A program made the translations under genes and the position numbers. DNA of 59,501 nt, filler included, from Octopus bimaculoides (lineage: Eukaryota): the NCBI RefSeq assembly GCF_001194135.2. It is 4 parts of 4 records of this genome, joined end to end, with 100 filler letters (N's around TTAATTAATTAA, not from the genome) between each part and the next. Parts side by side here need not be neighbours in the genome. Positions count along the whole stretch, not along the records: positions 50,501 to 57,059 come from NC_068992.1; positions 57,160 to 59,501 come from NW_026434416.1; 2 more parts are not named here. One strand, given 5' to 3'. The notes beneath the pieces are model-generated. The model did not search any database. It saw only the letters and a list, made by a program, of their open reading frames with translations, and had not been told where the DNA came from. Within the stretch, counting starts at the first letter, position 1. Every line of letters begins with the position of its first letter. This document shows, piece by piece, positions 52,761 through 59,501 of this stretch.

Positions 52761-53822
52761 TATGCGATGAAGTCCTTCCATACATATATATATATATATA
52801 AAATTGAATAAATAGAGTCAAGAACGAGTACGTTTAGGCAACTTTTAATAAACACTACACATGTTTAGATACAACATAGATCCACATATGGGTGGCTTAT
52901 TCGCAAATTTACAACCTGTGGACAGAATTAGCCCCAGTATTGACTCTTATTTTTTGGGCAATACTGGTTCAAACTATTGCCCTTGGTCACTTTACTGACG
53001 TCCATACATACACACACACACACACACACATATATATGACCGCAGCCACTTGGCTGAAACACATAAATAAATAAATAAATATATATATATATATATATAT
53101 ATACAGGAATAATTTATTCTCAAACGCATGATAATGCTATTACAGTAACATGAGCAGGATAAACTGTTCATATATTGCAGGAAAAATCGTTACAGGCCAG
53201 CCATGATACTCGAACTCACATCCCTGTGATTACACGTCATGTGCTTTAACTTTAAGCTAAACTGCCCAGTAAGGAAGTTTTCTGAAATTGTAGGATTTAT
53301 AAATCTAGCTTTGTATACACACACACACACACANNNNNNNNNNNNNNNNNNCACACACATATATATATATCAAAATAAGCAGCAAGGATATCCAGAGGTA
53401 ATGCAGTACGATCGTTTCAAACAACTCCATTTAATTGAACGATGTAATCATTACATCAATTTAGATGGAGAGCAATCCTCAGCTGCATAAAGATATAGAG
53501 TTTAATTAAATTAAAACAGATGGACATAGTATAATTTTACCTAAAATCTCCAAGAAGGTAAGGAGATAGACAAAGAACATACTGTCTTCACTTTAGCTTA
53601 GAAGCTACTAAGGTATCAGGAAGAAAGACTTGTTACAGGTTTTGCTTGTCACTGTTATGTACTTGGAGTGCTCAGCTTGGTTTACCTCTAAAATCAAATG
53701 CTTTGCTTTTTCATTTATATAACTCCTAGTATATACGTATTACATAACGTCAGTTGACGAATATTCCTTCTGTAGAATTTTTGCTTATGTATAAATGTAC
53801 GCTTGTAGATTGTCTCTATATA

Positions 53823-54054
53823 CAGGCTGTTCAAAAAGTCCCTCCGCAGTGAATTTTTTTCATCCTGCGTATCACCAAGGCGCTACTTCAAGAGTTTTTC
53901 GTTGAACGGATTATTTCGAAGGAACTTTGGCCACCACGATCACCTGATGTAACACTGCCAGACATTTTTCTGGGGAACAATTAATGGATCAGTGTACAGG
54001 AATCGCCCGAAAACCCTTAAACACATACTGCGGAGAGACTTTTTGAACACCCTG
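53823..54054 (+). mobile_element. Tc1/mariner-superfamily internal-deletion derivative (232 bp)
   Basis: TA flanks (53821-53822, 54055-54056); 28-bp TIRs CAGGCTGTTCAAAAAGTCCCTCCGCAGT versus CAGGGTGTTCAAAAAGTCTCTCCGCAGT (two mismatches); interior encodes LLQEFFVERIISKELWPPRSPDVTLPD then, frameshifted, FWGTINGSVYRNRPKTL, the WPPRSPDL..DFFLWG motif of this superfamily. Confidence 0.93.
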
Positions 54055-54228
54055 TATTATTAACCAGGATGGTAGAATCATTCAAAAGCTTTAGTTTCTT
54101 ACCAGTTCTCTTATTAAGCTGCAATGACACGAAAATTCAGCTTCCTCATCACAGTTCTTCCACGGCTAATATAGAAATGGATCTTTGTGGGTTTCGTCAC
54201 TGTTTACAATTATTTGAAAAAAAAATTT

Positions 54229-54650
54229 AGGAGTGGCTGTGTGGTAAGTAGCTTGCTTACCAACCACACGGTCCCGAGTTCAGTCCCACTGCGTGGCACC
54301 TTGGCCAAGTGTCTTCTACTATAGCCTCAGGCCGACCAAAACCTTCTGAGTGGATTTGGTAGATGGAAACTGGAAGAAGCCCGTCGTATATGTATATATA
54401 TGTATGTATATGTGTATGTATGTGTATATATTTGTGTGTCTGTTTGTCCCCCAGCATCGCTTGACAACCGATGCTGATGTGTTTGCATCCTCGTAACTTA
54501 GCAGTTCGGCCTAAGAAACCGATAGAATTAGTACTAGGCTTACAAAGAATAAGCTCTGAGGTCGATTTGCTCGACTATAAAGGCGGTGCTCCAGCATGGC
54601 CGCAGTCAAATGACTGAAACAAGTAAAAGAGAGAGTAATAAGAGTAAAGA
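54229..54650 (+). mobile_element. SINE family A, full-length reference copy (tRNA-derived head, CORE-like block, internal TA/TG microsatellite, GAGTAA-type tail)
   Basis: A-box-like TGGCTGTGTGG, B-box-like GAGTTCAGTCCC and GCACCTTGGCCAAGTGTC resembling the CORE domain start; ten related copies or fragments in the window. Correspondence to described octopus OR/OK SINEs is not verified. Confidence 0.93.
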
Positions 54651-54951
54651 GGATCATATAGATGCGATTTTTGTCGCTGAATCCGAATTTGTTATTCATT
54701 TATTCCAGTAAAAATCTTGCAAAAATATTACAGAATTTTCAGCCAACAAGAAAGTAGCACGATCTCTGCCTCTTCCATTATAGGGGGTGGGGGGGATCGG
54801 CATGTCAAAACATTACTAGACGCACATACATAGAGGCATANNNNNNNNNNNNNNNNNNNNNNNNNNNNNNNNNNNNNNNNNNNNNNNNNNNNNNNNNNNN
54901 NNNNNNNNNNNNNNNNNNNNNNNNNNNNNNNNNNNNNNNNNNNNNNNNNNN

Positions 54952-54987
<36 letters not shown>

Positions 54988-55739
54988 ACATTCACACACC
55001 TCCTATTTATATACATGCACACACATACTCACACAGAGATGAAATGCTTCTACAACCAGTTTGCCATCATCCCTTCCTTATTCATCTATCACCCCTTCCT
55101 TTCTCATTCATATGTTGTGACGGTGGAAAACACATGAGTATTATTATAGTAAGATTATTCTTCTCGTGTCTCCTTCTTCTCTTTGTGCGCATGCACAACG
55201 TCTTTGGTTACTATGGAGTATTTCTAACAGTTTTGGTTACTATGGAGTTTTACTAACAGAGTTTTTCGCCACGGTGATGTGTAAAATATTCGCTTCTGAT
55301 TTGCTAAAATACCCAAACTTCGCAAATTTTAAAGACTAATAACTTTTTAATAATGGATTTATAGGAAAACTGTAATTCATTTTCATAATTAGTATACAAA
55401 ACTTAATCCATATACAAAATTTGAAAATAATTAGGAGAAAATAATTAGAACAAAATTGTGTGTGCAGATTTGTATGTTTTGCTTTACGTATGTATTCTCA
55501 TGCATATAGTAGCATATTTAGACACGCTCATATATATTTAAATGATAAAATTCTGGAAAGTTTTACAGATTTTTACAGTTCTATTGATGGATTGGATCTG
55601 TAGTCTTCGAATCATCTTTCTCCTTTCTGGTTTTGAGAAGTCTGTATGTATGTATGTATGTATGTATGTATGCATATGCAGACAAACAAGTTGTAAATCA
55701 ACGACAAAGCTAGTTTGAGACGGTAAAAATCCTGTAATT

Positions 55740-56270
55740 GGCAATGATGTGGTGGAAACCGGCTGTGATGAGTGGGAGGTAGACTTGGTGTGACTGAAGA
55801 GGATGAGGTAGGGGAAGAAGTCATGGTAGTAGTAATGGTGGTGGCGGGGATGTCATTGGTGGTGGAAATGGCTGTGGTGGTGTAGACGGTTGCGATGGTG
55901 GGGACCGGAGGTTGATTTGCTATAGCGATAGCGATGGTGAAGCTAGTGTTAATGGATGTGATGGTGGCAGTGGTAGTGGCGGTGGTGGTAGTGGTGATTG
56001 GGAGGAGTTTTACTATGGGGATCGGGGATGCTGGTGGTGGTGGCGTCAGTGACGTCAGCAGCTTTGGTGGCAGTGATGATGGTGAAAGATTTGCAGTGAC
56101 TGCGTGGTGATGGTGATGAGACGGGGAGAGGCGGTGGAAGGGGTGGCGGCTGTGGTGGTCGTGGTCGTGGTGGCAGTAGTGGTCGCGGTGTGTCCCTTCG
56201 TGCAGGTGTTGGCGGTGGAGTAGCTGTGAAGGTTTAATGTTTGGTGTTGCTGCGGTAATGGCTGTGATTC
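55740..56270. repeat. Degenerate GGT/GTG low-complexity tract
   Basis: Directly visible. Confidence 0.75.
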
Positions 56271-56552
56271 TAAGCTTAGAATAGATGCCTAAAGACGTCA
56301 ACAAAAGTTTGGGTAGGGCGCCAGCTTCATAGTTACCAGTCACCTTTTAAAGTGCACACACTGAGATACAGAGATGCATGCATATACACGCTCTCTGTCT
56401 GTCTGTCTGTCTGTCTCTGTCGCTCTGTCTGTATCTCTCTCTCTCTCTCTGTCCCTTTCTTTCCCAGCCTATCAACACTTTTTATTCACATTCACTGTAG
56501 AAAAATGTCATTACTATTTACATAATACATAAACACGCGAATATACATGCAT

Positions 56553-56658
<106 letters not shown>

Positions 56659-57059
56659 GCCCACATACACTCAAGCCTATGTACGCATGCTTGCATGTAT
56701 GTGTATTTGTGTGTTTGTATATATATACATATATATACATATATATATATATATACACACATACGCATGTATATACTTCATTATGTATATATAGTGCAGA
56801 AATACAAATGCATACTTTCGTGTGTGAGTGTACATTTATATGTTCGTAATCATGCACACACATTTATACATAAATGCTTGTATATGTACATACATATATA
56901 CACATCGCTTTGTTAATGACTGATTTCAAGTCTGCGAAAACTTAAAACTCAAATACACATATACATAAAGACGTAATAAGCACACGCTCATACATAGTTA
57001 TGTACAAGCATGAATATATATATATATATATATACAACCACACAGATATATATATATAT

Positions 57060-57159
57060 NNNNNNNNNNNNNNNNNNNNNNNNNNNNNNNNNNNNNNNNN
57101 NNNTTAATTAATTAANNNNNNNNNNNNNNNNNNNNNNNNNNNNNNNNNNNNNNNNNNNN
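57060..57159. other. Synthetic scaffold-join spacer
   Basis: 44 N + TTAATTAATTAA + 44 N. Confidence 0.95.
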
Positions 57160-57427
57160 AATGATATTTCAGTCTTTGATAAATATTATAAACCAACATT
57201 TTATGTAAAAGATTGAATTTTGCATTTTCATGTTCATAGATAAAACCACATGGCAACAATTGTTACAACCTTTCTATCAACATACCAAATTAGTTCTGCA
57301 AACACCTGGAACTCCAGGTGCAAAATTATTTTTGTTGCTTTATAAATTTTCTCCATTCTTTCAGCATTGATTTCATGCAACTCTTTTCTCAGATGATGGA
57401 ATGACTTTAGCTTATGACTATATGTGT

Positions 57428-57536
57428 GCAGGAGTGGCTGTGTGGTAAGTATCTTGCTTACCAACTACATGGTTCTGGGTTCAGTCCCACTGTGTGGCAC
57501 CTTGGGCAATTGTCTTCTACCATAGCCTCGGGCCGA
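57428..57536 (+). mobile_element. SINE family A, 5' part, ending in a fold-back
   Basis: Matches 54229-54335. Confidence 0.92.
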
Positions 57537-57550
57537 GGCTATAGTAGAAG

Positions 57551-57890
57551 GGTTCACAAATGAGATTTGAGCCCAGCAAAAGAAAAGCATGGTCTGTCTC
57601 GAACTGTGCACACAAAAAGGTCCCCTGAGATTCACGTTCTCGATCGAAACATTCTTTGTTAAATCTCTCTTGAGTCTTGCATGTGTCATCTTGGCCTCCT
57701 CAAAAGCTTTCACACCACTCCACACTTTTGTTTGCCATCCAGCTTGATCCAAAGCAAGGGTTTCTATGGCCTTTGGATCCATTGCAAGTGACTTCATGGT
57801 AGTCCTTATGCTGTCCTTACCGATTTATTGCACCTGGTTGAGAACCACTCAGCTAAATCCTCGAAGACATTACTTCAGTATGGTCAGTCC
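57551..57890 (-). pseudogene. RTE-clade LINE C-terminal fragment (post-RT region and terminal Cys/His knuckle), degenerate
   Basis: KDSIRTTMKSLAMDPKAIETLALDQAGWQTKVWSGVKAFEEAK.., then with a 1-nt shift PFVCTVRDRPCFSFAGLKSHL*T. This resembles the RYKD.LK..L....I....WE.LA.DR..W...V..G...FE and C..C.R.......GL.SH.R.H pattern of RTE ORF ends. Confidence 0.85.
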
Positions 57891-58858
57891 TATGACTTAA
57901 GCCATTAAAGACTTCACTTCCAACTTGTTACCATTCTTTCACACATCATCTGAATTCAAGAAAAAGATTTAAAAAATTAATGAAAGAAAATGGCATAGAA
58001 AAAAAAAATTTAGAATGTCCACCACTTACAAAATGAGGTCAAGTGTCCCCATCTTACTTTTTTTCATATTAATATGTCATTGAAATATTTTATCAAATAT
58101 TTTGTGATGTCACGGCGACGTAATGGTTAGGGCATCTCGACAGGCAATGGGGCAATGGCAGGAGGAGGAGATAAAGTGACTCAGTTTCTTACACACACAC
58201 ACACACACGCACACACACACGCACACACACGCACACACAAACACACACACACACACAAACANNNNNNNNNNNNNNNNNNNNNNNNNNNNNNNNNNNNNNN
58301 NNNNNNNNNNNNNNNNNNNNNNNNNNNNNNNNNNNNNNNNNNNNNNNNNNNNNNNNNNNNNNNNNNNNNNNNNNNNNNNNNNNNNNNNNNNNNNNNNNNN
58401 NNNNNNNNNNNNNNNNNNNNNNNNNNNNNNNNNNNNNNNNNNNNNNNNNNNNNNNNNNNNNNNNNNNNNNNNNNNNNNNNNNNNNNNNNNNNNNNNNNNN
58501 NNNNNNNNNNNNNNNNNNNNNNNNNNNNNNNNNNNNNNNNNNNNNNNNNNNNNNNNNNNNNNNNNNNNNNNNNNNNNNNNNNNNNNNNNNNNNNNNNNNN
58601 NNNNNNNNNNNNNNNNNNNNNNNNNNNNNNNNNNNNNNNNNNNNNNNNNNNNNNNNNNNNNNNNNNNNNNNNNNNNNNNNNNNNNNNNNNNNNNNNNNNN
58701 NNNNNNNNNNNNNNNNNNNNNNNNNNNNNNNNNNNNNNNNNNNNNNNNNNNNNNNNNNNNNNNNNNNNNNNNNNNNNNNNNNNNNNNNNNNNNNNNNNNN
58801 NNNNNNNNNNNNNNNNNNNNNNNNNNNNNNNNNNNNNNTATATGTATGTGTATATATG

Positions 58859-58895
<37 letters not shown>

Positions 58896-59049
58896 ATATA
58901 TCTATATGTATGTGTATATATGTATGTATATATATATATGTGTGTATATATCTATATGTATGTGTATATATGTATGTATATATGTATAAGAGAACACTGT
59001 TTTGTTTATTTTGGGGTGAGGTTCCATGACAGTGGAGATGGATGGATAG

Positions 59050-59105
59050 AAATATAGGTAAGTAGATAGGCTGATAGATAGATAGATAAATAGATAGATA
59101 GAAAT

Positions 59106-59165
<60 letters not shown>

Positions 59166-59199
59166 ATAGATAAATAGATAGAAAGTTAGGTAGACAGAC

Positions 59200-59233
<34 letters not shown>

Positions 59234-59300
59234 GATAGATAGATAAATAGTCAGACAGATAGACAGATAGATAGAGGGAGAGAGAGAGAGAGAGAAGGGG
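59050..59300. repeat. (GATA)n/(GA)n microsatellite
   Basis: Directly visible. Confidence 0.95.
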
Positions 59301-59470
59301 TATCCCCCTTCCTATTCACCATTCATTTATTCATTTAGCCATTTACCATTGTATTGGAATAGGTTTAAGGATGGTGACCTCTTCAAAAAGAAAAAAACAG
59401 GTACGGTTTGGTCATTACTGAATGTCATTTTATATATACATATACATGCATACATATATATGTGTGTGTC

Positions 59471-59501
<31 letters not shown>

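Noticed and set aside
54229-54300. tRNA-like A and B boxes in SINE heads
   Set aside because: No cloverleaf or anticodon arm can be built; these are SINE promoters, not tRNA genes
55203-55259. 29-bp tandem duplication (TTTGGTTACTATGGAGT..CTAACAG) in transposon-like sequence
   Set aside because: Only two units and no element boundaries identifiable; not a CRISPR-like array
55612-56343. 243-aa Thr/Pro/His-rich mucin-like ORF
   Set aside because: Derived from a degenerate GGT/ACC tract; no signal peptide, splice or domain support

Overview
Eukaryotic, AT-rich, extremely microsatellite-dense draft-assembly DNA with many N gaps. The repeat families resemble those I recall from octopus (cephalopod) genomes; this is an inference, not a database result. 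The window is four pieces joined by a synthetic 100-bp spacer (44 N + TTAATTAATTAA + 44 N at 26438, 50401 and 57060), so adjacency across those joins is not established. I see no complete protein-coding gene, rRNA, tRNA gene or CRISPR array. Nearly all listed ORFs are translations of microsatellites or gaps. Recognisable coding remnants are three transposon fossils: a Helitron PIF1-type helicase C-terminus (7967-8483, -), a TA-flanked Tc1/mariner deletion derivative (53823-54054) and an RTE-like LINE C-terminus (about 57551-57890, -). The rest is three tRNA-derived SINE families (working labels A, B, C), a Penelope-like repeat with a hammerhead-ribozyme-like motif, and simple repeats. The best second-look items are the hammerhead-like motif family with a variant core, a telomere-like insertion with a 9-bp duplication inside a SINE, a SINE/hairpin/LINE chimera, a long collinear inverted repeat, a T-shaped hairpin and a candidate exon pair at 37.4-37.9 kb. 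I cannot support a new multi-gene system here.
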